From the NCBI GenBank assembly GCA_002269645.1, contig NIVC01001306.1:62001-126000 (forward strand): 64,000 nucleotides of DNA, given 5' to 3'. The notes beneath the pieces were generated by a model. That model saw nothing but the letters and a program-made list of their open reading frames with translations, had not been told where the DNA came from and ran no database searches. This document shows, piece by piece, positions 1 through 44,074 of this stretch (positions are counted from its first letter, which is position 1; the number at the start of each line of letters is the position of its first letter). A program made the position numbers and the translations under genes. Source of the stretch: Macrostomum lignano (lineage: Eukaryota).

Positions 1-5409
<5,409 letters not shown>

Positions 5410-6096
5410 AACTGCAGTAAAAGTTCAAAGTAGTTATGATTAAAAAGGAAAAAATCGTCTGTCTCCAGAAGCTGTGCGAGCTGAAAACAGTCCAGGGCTG
5501 CATATAGACAGGCTGAGCGCTTTGTGTCCAGCCCGACCCATTTGGCATGTATAGCTGGATATTCTCTACCCTTCCCTCCTACCCCTTCTACTCTTCTCCA
5601 TTCTTCTGATTCGCATGGCACAGCCAATAGCTATTTGAGTTCTTGCACTGTTCTTCTTTCCTGATTATAATGAATGCGACCCCGCCGTACCGTATAGTGA
5701 GGCCGTGGAAGTGTGCGCGGCTGTGTCCCGGCCCCGATTCAGCTCAAGTCTTCCTGCCCTCCAAGCCTGCACGGCTAGAGCTTCTATTTGCGCCTATGTA
5801 CACTGAATGTGCAAGCCATGGGCTGTACAGAAACTTGACCCACTTGGACCCTCTCCAGGTACTGCGGTGTGGACAAAATGTACACGCGAAAAAATGAGCC
5901 AAGTAAAGACACTTTGCTTTAGATGAAATTTATTTTTTGCATATCATAACTAAATTAGTAGAACGATTTCTAATAAATATGATGTTTAAGCAGCTTAAAT
6001 AATTGTCTCTTTATTTTGCATTAATTTAGAGCTTTAATTCGTACTACTAATAGTAGCTTCAAAAATTAGCGAAAGACACACACCAAATTCCTTGAT

Positions 6097-6696
6097 AATC
6101 CCTCAGCGGTAGCCACTACCAGATCGATAATCCCTCAGTGGAAGCCACTACCAGATCGATAATCCCTCAGCGGTAGCCACTACCAGATCGATAATCCCTC
6201 AGTGGAAGCCACTACCAGATCGATAATCCCTCAGCGGTAGCCACTACCATATCGATAATCCCTCAGCGGTAGCCACTACCAGATCGATAATCCCTCAGCG
6301 GTAGCCACTACCAGATCGATAATCCCTCAGCGGTAGCCATTACCAGATCGATAATCCCTCAGCGGTAGCCATTACCAGATCGATAATCCCTCAGTGGAAG
6401 CCACTACCAGATCGATAATCCCTCAGCGGTAGCCACTACCAGATCGATAATCCCTCAGCGGTAGCCACTACCAGATCGATAATCCCTCAGTGGAAGCCAC
6501 TACCAGATCGATAATCCCTCAGCGGTAGCCACTACCAGATCGATAATCCCTCAGCGGTAGCCACTACCATATCAATAATCCCTCAGCGGTAGCCACTACC
6601 AGATCGATAATCCCTCAGCGGTAGCAACTACCAGATCGATGATCTCTCATTGGAAGCCACTACCAGATCGATAATCCCTCAGCGGTAGCCACTACT
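6097..6696 (+). repeat. 32-bp minisatellite (gataatccctcagcggtagccactaccagatc), about 19 copies
   Basis: Head-to-tail units with no spacers and an internal ggtag/ctacc hairpin. Confidence 0.97.
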
Positions 6697-7224
6697 CCAG
6701 AACAACTAGTTGATCCATTAAACCCAATGGTACAAGCTTACGAAATATATTTTCACTAATCCCTATCTCTCGTTCTCGTTAATGTCCCATCAACCCGAAC
6801 CGCAGTCAGAACTGATGTAAACAGACGTTACCGTGCAAAACCCTGCTAGTTGGTACATTGCACATATGCAGGATTAAGGCTTGCATATAAATCAAAAGCA
6901 TTCCGTGTGCAGTTGGCACGTAATGAAGGGGATGTTGCTGTATTTTTTTAGCAGCAGTTAGTCGAATAATGGCCCGGTCTGACATCCGCAGCCGGTCTAT
7001 CACTGACTTTGATCGCACCGAAACATATAGTCTAACTGGATTGCTTCTTCTAGGGTGAAGCCAGACTTGTTGAGAGTTTATCACTAAATTAGCGAGATTT
7101 ACCGTACATGTAGTTAGTTATCTTTTGTTATAATTTACTATTCATTCCAAGAGTTTCCCTGATCCTGAAAATAAATAACACTTATTCAAAAACAAATGTT
7201 CTTCATCGGATCTGAGTGCAGGAA

Positions 7225-8880
7225 CCGAAGGATCTGAGGGTAGATACTGAAGGATCTGAGAGTAGGTACTGAAGGATCTGAGGGTAGGTACTCAAGGATC
7301 TGAGGGTAGGTACTGAAGGATCTGAGGGTTGGTACTGAAGGATCTGAGAGTAGATACTGAAGGATCTGAGAGTAGGTACTGAAGGATCTGAGAGTAGGTA
7401 CTGAAGGATCTGAGAGTAGGTACTGAAGGATCTGAGAGTAGGTACTGAAGGATCTGAGGGTAGATACTGAAGGATCTGAGAGTAGGTACTGAAGGATCTG
7501 AGGGTAGATACTGAAGGATCTGAGAGTAGGTACTGAAGGATCTGAGAGTAGGTACTGAAGGATCTGAGAGTAGGTACTGAAGGATCTGAGAGTAGGTACT
7601 GAAGGATCTGAGAGTAGGTACTGAAGGACCTGAGAGTAGGTACTGAAGGATCTGAGAGTAGGTATTGAAGGATCTGAGAGTAGGTACTGAAGGATCTGAG
7701 AGTAGGTACTGAAGGATCTGAGAGTAGGTACTGAAGGATCTGAGAGTAGGTACTGAAGGATCTGAGAGTAGGTACTGAAGGATCTGAGAGTAGGTACTGA
7801 AGGATCTGAGAGTAGGTACTGAAGGATTTGAGAGTAGGTACTGAAGGATCTGAGAGTAGGTACTGAAGGATCTGAGAGTAGGTACTGAAGGATCTGAGAG
7901 TAGGTACTGAAGGATCTGAGAGTAGGTAATGAAGAATCTGACAGTAGATACTGAAGGATCTGAGAGTAGATACTGAAGGATCTGAGGGTAGGTACTGAAG
8001 GATCTGAGGGTAGGTACTGAAGGATCTGAGAGTAGGTACTGAAGGATCTGGGGGTAGATACTGAAGGATCTGAGAGTAGGTACTGAAGGATCTGAGGGTA
8101 GGTACTGAAGGATCTGAGAGTAGGTACTGAAGGATCTGAGAGTAGATACTGAAGGATCTTAGGGTAGATACTGAAGGATCTGAGAGTAGGTACTGAAGGA
8201 TCTGAGAGTAGGTACTGAAGGATCTGAGGGTAGATACTGAAGGATCTGAGAGTAGGTACTGAAGGATCTGAGAGTAGGTACTGAAGGATCTGAGAGTAGG
8301 TACTGAAGGATCTGAGAGTAGGTACTGAAGGATCTGAGAGTAGGTAATGAAGAATCTGACAGTAGATACTGAAGGATCTGAGAGTAGATACTGAAGGATC
8401 TGAGGGTAGGTACTGAAGGATCTGAGAGTAGGTACTGAAGGATCTGAGAGTAGGTAATGAAGAATCTGACAGTAGATACTGAAGGATCTGAGGGTAGATA
8501 CTGAAGGATCTGAGGGTAGATACTGAAGGATCTGAGAGTAGGTACTGAAGGATCTGAGAGTAGGTACTGAAGGACCTGAGAGTAGGTACTGAAGGATCTG
8601 AGAGTAGGTATTGAAGGATCTGAGAGTAGGTACTGAAGGATCTGAGAGTAGGTACTGAAGGATCTGAGAGTAGGTACTGAAGGATCTGAGAGTAGATACT
8701 GAAGGATCTGAGGGTAGGTACTGAAGGATCTGAGAGTAGATACTGAAGGATCTGAGAGTAGATACTGAAGGATCTGAGGGTAGGTACTGAAGGATCTGAG
8801 AGTAGATACTGAAGGATCTGAGAGTAGATACTGAAGGATCTGAGAGTAGGTACTGAAGGATCTGAGGTAGGTACTGAAGG
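7225..8880 (+). repeat. 22-bp minisatellite (ggatctgagagtaggtactgaa), about 75 copies
   Basis: Directly visible. ORFs 7186-8901 and 8159-8923 are repeat translations. Confidence 0.98.
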
Positions 8881-9829
8881 TTTGGTGACAGATTTCTGCA
8901 TAGGATTGAGTACCTACCTGCATTGACGGATTGATTACATTGAATGTAATTTCCGGTTTGGTGCCAAATTTTCGAATGTGACTCAGCAGTTTCAGACGAA
9001 TTATCTCAATTAGTCACCCAATCATTGTCACCGAAACTGGGTCACGGAATCGTACTAATTTTCGAGACTCAAACCAGTAATTAAAGCTAAGCTACGACCT
9101 ATGATATACCGGTAATTTCCAATTAACACACTGAGAGCCCCATCGTCAATTTTCTCTGATATGCTAGACACTGGCTTAAACGCTGAGATGACCAAAGCAA
9201 ATTTTCTCTTATCAGCGCAGCACAGAAGGCAATAAAGAAAACGACTTCTCATGTATTTTTCATGGGATTTCGACGCAAGCTGGTCAACCGTTGAAGTATA
9301 TACCGAATAGGAGAAAAACTGGGTAAGGTGTTGTACTTTAACTACTGCCATCTTTGTTGCACCGTTGTCGTTGCTTGTTGCCATGGACATCTTAGTTCTG
9401 TACTACGCTAAATTAAGCGCGCGCAGCGCAACCTTCGTGCATTAATTAAACCTGCTCTGCCAGCGCTCTGTAACACAGAAGGTTTTGGTGATCCCGGATG
9501 TGACTGACGATAAACCCTTGGCTGCTTCCAAACCCATCTTTCATCGGCCCTTTCTCCCATCTTGGCTCAACAACACAGTTATAGACGGATCTTTTCCTTA
9601 GTTTCAGCTTCGCCTTCCGTTCCTATTAAAGCTGACGAGAACTGGCTCAGTAAGTAAAATTTTATTACTAATTCAATGAGACCTTATTCCAGCCTCTTCG
9701 TATTTGTAGCTTCAGTCTGCCCTGTGCCATGATGCCAGTAGATGGTGCTAGTCTCCAGGGTTCAGTCTGCCTGTGCCATGCAGACTGAACCCTGCAGTCT
9801 CTATAGATATTTCAAGTTTCTTCAGAGGA

Positions 9830-10500
9830 GAATCAGGGTCTTCAAGAGGGAATCAGGGTCTGCAGATAGGAATCAGGGACTCCAAATTGAATCACAATCT
9901 CCAGAAGGGGAATCAGAGTCTCCAGAAGGGAATCAGGGTCTCTAGAAGGGAATCAGGGTCTCTAGAAGAGAATCAGGGTCTCTAGAAGGGAATCAGGGTC
10001 TCTAGAAGGGAATCAGGGTCTCCAGAAGGGAATCAGGGTCTCCAAAAGGGAATCATCCTCCAGAAGGGAATCATCCTCCAGAAGGGAATCATCCTCCAGA
10101 TAGGAATCAGGGTCTCTAGAAGGGAATAAGGGTCTCCAGAAGGGAATCAGGGTCTCCAGAAGAGAATCAAGAGGTCCATAATGGAATCAGGGTCTCTAGA
10201 AGGGAATCAGGGTCTCTAGAAGGGAATCAGGGTCTCCAGAAGGGAATCAGGGTCTCCAGAAGGGAATCAGGGTCTCCAGAAGAGAATCAAGAGGTCCATA
10301 ATGGAATCAGGGTCTCCAGAAGAGAATCAAGAGATCCATAATGGAATCAGGGTCTCTAGAAGAGAATCAGGGTCTCTAGAAAGGAAACAGGGTCTCCAGA
10401 AGGGAATCAGGGTCTCCAGAAGAGAATCAGGGTCTCTAGAAAGGAAACAGGGTCTCCAGAAGGGAATCAGGGTCTCCAGAAGGGGAACCAGGATCTCTTG
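9830..10500 (+). repeat. 20-bp minisatellite (ggaatcagggtctctagaag), related to the foldback unit at 4116-5248
   Basis: The unit aligns with ggactcaaggtctctagaaa at 3 mismatches in 20. Confidence 0.92.
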
Positions 10501-10974
10501 AAGGGAATGGAATCAGGTCCCCTAAAGGAACAAACCTTACATTATGATATGCATGAATATTCATGATATTCATGAATAATTAATTTTTAATCTATTTAGG
10601 CAGTCACTTGGGGCCAGAAATCAAGATATCAATGAAAGCATTCGCGACCTTTCAGCTCTCCCTTTCTAAAAACTTTGCACTTTTGTGTGCCTCCACCATT
10701 CTCCCCGATCTTCCATCACTCACCATTGGCCCGTTCTCTTTGAGGGGTGGCATACAAATCCCATATTGCAGTCTCCCATTTCTCACATGTCCACTAGTAG
10801 CATTTGCATGAATTATATCTGCTAATCTCATAGCCCTGAGCACACAGGCCACTCAGAGCTCAGTCGCTGAGGGCATTAATCATATAGTATCTGTGGTGGA
10901 AATCGGCTGGCCGAACTGTTGGTAAAAATATTTTCACTGACAGTCAGCTGGCACTGGAAGTCAATTTCCACAAA

Positions 10975-11180
10975 CGGTCAAATTGTCACTGTCAGCCAAA
11001 TTGTCACTGGCAATCAAATTGTCACTGGCAATCAAATTGTCACTGGCAGTCAAATTGTCACTGGCAATCAAATTGTCACTGGCAATCAAATTGTCACTGG
11101 CAATCAAATTGTCACTGGCAGTCAAATTGTCACTGGCAATCAAATTGTCACTGGCAATCAAATTGTCACTGGCAGTCAGA
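10975..11180 (+). repeat. 18-bp minisatellite (caaattgtcactggcaat), about 11 copies
   Basis: Directly visible. Confidence 0.95.
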
Positions 11181-11513
11181 TTGCCATCAAAGTAAAATCA
11201 TATCTACTGTAACTCCCTCTCCAATCAGCTGTCAGGTTGGTTATTATTTCAGCGAGTTTCCAGTCCAGCTCGCTGATTTTAGAACTCCATGACACTACGG
11301 CTCAGCCTTATTGGATTCGACGCCAGTCGACCAATCGAAGTTCTCCGGCTGGGCCACAGAAAACGAGCTGGCTGCAGCAGCTAACCGTTCGATCCGATCT
11401 GCTTCTGATCAGCAAAATAACTGCTGTCTTCTCACTGATTTTGCAAAGCTACAGGCAGTCCTGTCACTCAGGCCGGGCACGACGCACCAGAGAGAGACAG
11501 ACAGACAGCGACA

Positions 11514-32763
<21,250 letters not shown>

Positions 32764-33104
32764 CAGCCCGACTGAATCTTCCGCTGGGCTGGCTGCCTCA
32801 TGCTGTGCTCATGCCAGTCTGTCCTAAGCATCTCTGAGTCTCTGCAACTATCGATATGTCCTTTAAAAACTGTTTGTCTAGTCATCTGTTCATGTGCCCG
32901 TAGTGGAAGAGTGCACCCGCCTATCCAGTCTCATGGTTTTTGTATGCACCTATTTCATATTTCTCTGCTTATTGTTTCTGAAATCCCCCCTATCTTTGTA
33001 CGAGTCTTGCTACTCGTGTCTAATTGTCCAGCTTTTTTCTATTGTCTGTGTGCAGCTTCGATCATTTTTTACCTGGCTGCTACAGTGTACGCCGTAACCT
33101 GTCC

Positions 33105-33870
33105 GTTCCTTCTTACCTGTTCCATGTGTCCTTATTCCCAACGTCTTCTTACCTGTCTTTATTCCCAACGTCTTCTTACCTGTCCTTATTCCCAAAGTCT
33201 TCTTACCTGTCCTTATTCCCAACGTCTTCTTACCTGTCCTTATTCCCAACGTCTTCTTACCTGTTCCGTATGTCCTTATTCCCAACGTCTTCTTACCTGT
33301 TCCGTGTGTCCTTATTCCCAACGTCTTCTTACCTGTCTTTATTCCCAACGTCTTCTTACCTGTCCTTATTCCCAAAGTCTTCTTACCTGTCCTTATTCCC
33401 AACGTCTTCTTACCTGTCCTTATTCCCAACGTCTTCTTACCTGTTCCGTATGTCCTTATTCCCAACGTCTTCTTACCTGTTCCGTGTGTCCTTATTCCCA
33501 ACGTCTTCTTACCTGTTCCGTATGTCCTTATTCCCAACGTCTTTTTACCTGTTCCGTGTGTCCTTATTCCCAACGTCTTTTTACCTGTTCCGTGTGTCCT
33601 TATTCCCAACGTCTTTTTACCTGTTCCGTGTGTCCTTATTCCCAACTTCTTCTTACCTGTTCCGTGTGTCCTTATTCCCAACGTCTTCTTACCTGTTCCG
33701 TGTGTCCTTATTCCCAACGTCTTTTTACCTGTTCCGTGTGTCCTTATTCCCAACTTCTTCTTACCTGTTCCGTGTGTCCTTATTCCCAACGTCTTCTTAC
33801 CTGTTCCGTGTGTCCTTATTCCCAACGTCTTCTTACCTGTTCCGTGTCTCCTCATTCCCCTCGTCTTCTT
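33105..33870 (+). repeat. 27/36-bp minisatellite (tgtccttattcccaacgtcttcttacc, with or without tgttccgtg)
   Basis: Directly visible, downstream of the DEG/ENaC stop codon. Confidence 0.96.
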
Positions 33871-34389
33871 ACTGTCCGTGTCTCTTTTTCTTGCGTCTTT
33901 TGAAAGTCTTGCTTGTTACTTTCGCTTGCCGCTTTTTGCTTACTACGCTCGTACGAGCTAAATCTGCTTCAAGTTTTATTCCCCTGTCTGCGTCTTTCCA
34001 TTGAAGCTCACCTTTCTGCCATCGTCTAAGCAATTAGATCATTAAACTGTTACGCTGTTCAGCTGTCACTTGACCACAGGAGACCAGCCCAGTCTTCACT
34101 CTCTAGATGTCCATGCTCACGTCCCATTGCAACCATGCGCCGCTGCAGCCAGTTCAGTCAGAGCCCTTTGACAATGAACTTTTACTGCAATTCTATTGAA
34201 CTTCTCAAAAGCTGTAGATAAAATATTGCCAGCATCTATTTTGATTTAAGCCATTGTTTTGCTTTTTTCGACTTCACTTGATTTGCCACAAAAAGTTCTT
34301 TATGCTCTTAGTGTCGATTATCTTTCCCTTAACTATTGTATGTCCGCCCAAAGGCTGTAGTACACTATGTTTTTAGGTTCTCAGACACA

Positions 34390-35540
34390 GGGTCCTCAGC
34401 TGCTTTATAACCTTGGGTGCTTCAAGTTCACACACTGGGTCCTGCAGCCACTCTATAACCCGGGGTGCTTCAAGTTCACACACTGGGTCTGCAGCCACTC
34501 TATGACCCGGGGTGCTTCAAGTTCACCCACTGGGTCCTGCAGGCACTCTCTGACCCGGGGTGCTTCAAGTTCACACACTGGGTCCTGCAGGCACTCTCTG
34601 AGCCGGGGTGCTTCAAGTTCACCCACTGGGTCCTGCAGGCACTCTCTGACCCGGGGTGCTTCAAGTTCACCCACTGGGTCCTGCAGGTACTCTCTGACCC
34701 GGGGTGCTTCAAGTTCACACACTGGGTCCTGCAGGCACTCTCTGAGCCGGGGTGCTTCAAGTTCACACACTGGGTCCTGCAGGCACTCTCTGACCCGGGG
34801 TGCTTCAAGTTCACACACTGGGTCCTGCAGGCACTCTCTGAGCCGGGGTGCTTCAAGTTCACCCACTGGGTCCTGCAGGCACTCTATAACCCGGGGTGCT
34901 TCAAGTTCACACACTGGGTCCTCAGCCACTCTATGACCCGAGGTGCTTCAAGTTCACACACTGGGTCCTGCAGCCACTCTATGACCCGGGGTGCTTCAAG
35001 TTCACGCACTGGGTCTGCAGCCACTCTATAACCCGGGGTGCTTCAAGTTCACACACTGGGTCCTGCAGGCACTCTATGACCCGGGGTGCTTCAAGTTCAC
35101 CCACTGGGTCCTATAGTCACTCTATAACCCGGGGTGCTTCAAGTTCACCCACTGGGTCCTGCAGGCACTCTCTGACCCGGGGTGCTTCAAGTTCACCCAC
35201 TGGGTCCTGCAGGCACTCTATAACCCGGGGTGCTCCAAGTTCACACACTGGGTCCTCAGCCACTCTATGACCCGAGGTGCTTCAAGTTCACACACTGGGT
35301 CCTGCAGTCACTCTATAACCCGGGGTGCTTCAAGTTCACCCACTGGGTCCTGCAGGCACTCTCTGACCCGGGGTGCTTCAAGTTCACCCACTGGGTCCTG
35401 CAGGCACTCTATAACCCGGGGTGCTTCAAGTTCACACACTGGGTCCTCAGCCACTCTATGACCCGAGGTGCTTCAAGTTCACACACTGGATCCTCAGCCA
35501 CTCTATGACCCGAGGTGCTTAAGTTCACACACTGGGTCCT
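34390..35540 (+). repeat. 48-bp minisatellite (ggggtgcttcaagttcacacactgggtcctgcaggcactctctgaccc), about 24 copies
   Basis: Directly visible; gives a 16-aa periodicity in the spurious ORFs. Confidence 0.97.
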
Positions 35541-36399
35541 CGGATATTATGTGATGAAGGCATTGCTATATCATAAATCACGGATGTACAAACATCAATT
35601 AATCACAATTCAACTGTCATTTCCTATATATAAATAGTATAATGCATTGACTACAGACAAACATTGTGCATCGCTCTAGTCCCACAATATTGCATGTAAA
35701 AAATTGAACTGAACATGCATGTTATGCAAATGCAGCTATTTCAACACGAGATTGATATATTGGATGAACTTGAACTAATTGAATTTATTTCTGTGCGTGC
35801 CCTTTCATACTCTTGGATTGCAGACCCAATTACTCGTGCGATTACTCAGCTAATCTTAATCTTTAATTAGTCAGCTGATTGAGTGAGATGTGTACACAGA
35901 ACAGGATCACACCGTTCTCTCTGACCTTGGCAGAATTGACGTATTTTTAAACGCAGACTTTTTTTGCAGTTTTTACTGGATTATTTTTTATCACGCATTG
36001 GCCAGGAGAAAATGAAGTGTTTATTGAATTTCTGAAAAAAACCAACCAGCAGAAGATAAGTTCAAATTTAAACCTGCGAAATGCTTTCATATTTAGTATA
36101 ATAATAGCTGTAATATAGTCACAGACCTGCACTAGTTGCCAATCAAATTATCCACAAGGCTGGAATTAATTTCTTTCCTGTCTTTTTTGTTTCTGAACTC
36201 TTCTCCAATAGCGTTTTTCCGCCCGATTGAACAGGTACTCGCAACCGAAATTGGTTACACACAGGTCAGCGCGCCTCATCTTCGAATGTTGGCTGGGGCT
36301 CTGAGATTCCTGCAGTCACTCTCGGTACTTCGTATTTGTCAAGCCTCAGCTGGTCGGGAGCCAAAGAGATATCGGAGACAGGGAAGGCAAAACATGAAC

Positions 36400-36790
36400 T
36401 TCTGAAGGAAATCATAGGAGACTCGTTGGAGGGAGACAAAGAGAGAGAGACACACATAAAGGGAGGGAGACACGAAGGGGAGACATACAGAGAGATAAGG
36501 GAGAGAGATACAGAGAGAGACACAAAGGGAGGGAGACACAGAGAGACACAAACGGAGAGAGACACAGAGAGGGAGACACAGAGGGAGGGAGACACACAGA
36601 GAGACACAAAGGGAGGGAGAAGGAGACAGAGAGAGACAGAGAGGGAGACAGAGAGAGAGACACAGAAAGAGACACAGAGAGACACAAATGGAGGGAGATA
36701 GAGAGGGAGACACAAAGAAGGAGACATAGGGAGAGAGACACAGAGCGAGGAGATTCACACAGAGTAAGACACAGAGACACACGGATTCAA
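36400..36790 (+). repeat. Degenerate GA/GACA-rich low-complexity tract
   Basis: gagagacaca-type units. Confidence 0.85.
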
Positions 36791-36946
36791 GGAAACAGAG
36801 GGAGTTGAAAGAGATTCCCATCAGTGGAGGCTCACAAAAATATTAACAATAAATGGCTACTTAGCAAAGAGCAAAAGACACAAACAAAAAGAAGCCAACT
36901 TACACAAAACTATTCCCAGATCAAACTTATAAACGGCGCTGAATGA

Positions 36947-37345
36947 GGGGGCAGTTAGTCCAGCGGTCTAGCGCAGGCTCTGGTGTGCCAGCGACCCAGG
37001 CTCGATTCCAAGTGCAGCCACATTAATTTGGGGCTGAATTGGAATCTCGGCTTGGCTCCGCTCGTGCAATTAACGGCCTTGAGAGCCAACCCCCCAAGGC
37101 GCAGTGAAGTGTACATGCCTAACAATTGATAAAGTTAGGGCCGCTGTACACTCCTTTGTGAGTGGTGCCTGTGCGTATAACTGCGTACGTATCCGCGCGC
37201 TTGTGCGCCTGCTCAGGGGAGTCGGCGGAATGGGCAGCAATGCCTCTCGCCGGTTGTGTGCCTATGTCGCCTAAAGTGCGCCAGGGTGCACACAACCCCC
37301 TGCCTCTAATAAAAAACGCTCTGAATTACGAATCTCTGCAGTAAA
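36947..37345 (+). mobile_element. SINE family 2, longest copy
   Basis: Head gggggcagttagtccagcggtctagcg...ggctcgattcc (A/B-box-like). The body is shared with 16701, 18820 and 55850. Confidence 0.65.
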
Positions 37346-37961
37346 TTAGGCAGAATGGGATAGATGGAAACGATTCCTTGATCTAACGGTCAGATGTACG
37401 AACTACAGTCGTATAAACTTCAAAGCGCTGCACTCCATGTTTAATTTTATTAATATTGTATTGCTTACGGTCAAGTTTCCAGCCATACACACTGTGTACT
37501 GTACCAGTAAATTGGTGATTGGTAAAATGGCTGCCAGCAGAGATGTGCAACATTAAAGCCAAGGTCTGGCCGGCAAAATGAATGGGCTAAATTTGCAACC
37601 GAGCTACCATCCAGCAGTAGGAGCTTGCTTTAGTTGCTTAGAGATTCCACTGACAACTTCATCGGAGCCAACAATTCTCAATGATTAAATCTCATGGCCT
37701 GTCTTCAAAGCATGCAAAACATGATCGTTTTGTTGATTTTTGCTACAAATTAATTCTCTTTCAGTAATCTTAATCCCCTTCGGGACTTGTGCGACAGAAG
37801 AGCGCAGACTGCTTTCGACTTTTTTCCTCGCGATTTTCTTTGACAGCACAACCTGTGCATTGATTGCCGTCTTTTTGCTTCTTTCTGCCTTTCTCTGCCT
37901 TTTCTCCTCAGCTCTACATCAATTTTTTTATCAAGTCTCTCTTTCTCTGCATCTCATCTCA

Positions 37962-43483
<5,522 letters not shown>

Positions 43484-44074
43484 AGCGATGGGTTTTTTCA
43501 CTTTGATGCAGTTCAGAGGCTGGACTAGCTCAGTGCAATGTAGATTTATATACACGAATCCGGAGATGGGACTGGGCGGCCTAAGAGGTGAATCACGCAT
43601 CCGCTAAATATTTCTCAATTGATGCTGGCTCTTCCTACTTCATTTAGTTAAGCCGGTCCGGCCAGCTCAAGTGGATGGTGAAACCTCAGCCTCCGTTGGC
43701 ATGCGGCCAGAGCGATCAAGTGCGGGAGTCAGTCGGTCTCCAAGTCAAGAGAGTGGCCGATTTTTTTCGCCACTTGGGCTCCTAATGACCAGCTCACCTA
43801 ATCTACCCTGTATACACCTATACATGCCATTACGTTAATTGCCGGTCAACGTGGAAGGCAGAAGGCTAGTGTATTTTTTCTTGGCGAAGCAATAGACTCA
43901 GACTCAAAACACAGCGGCGTTTTTCTTTTTCAAAAAAATGAAACCCAGCATCGATAATTAATCCCGATGACAACCGCTGTTGGCAAGCGATGGGAGATGG
44001 CGAGGGTCTGCTGAATTCCATAGGATCGTTGTAATTATACCTCGTATTTTGATGCACCAGACTCAATATTGATA

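Noticed and set aside
6097-6696. CRISPR-like 32-bp palindromic repeats
   Set aside because: Units are contiguous with no unique spacers, there are no cas genes, and the context is eukaryotic.
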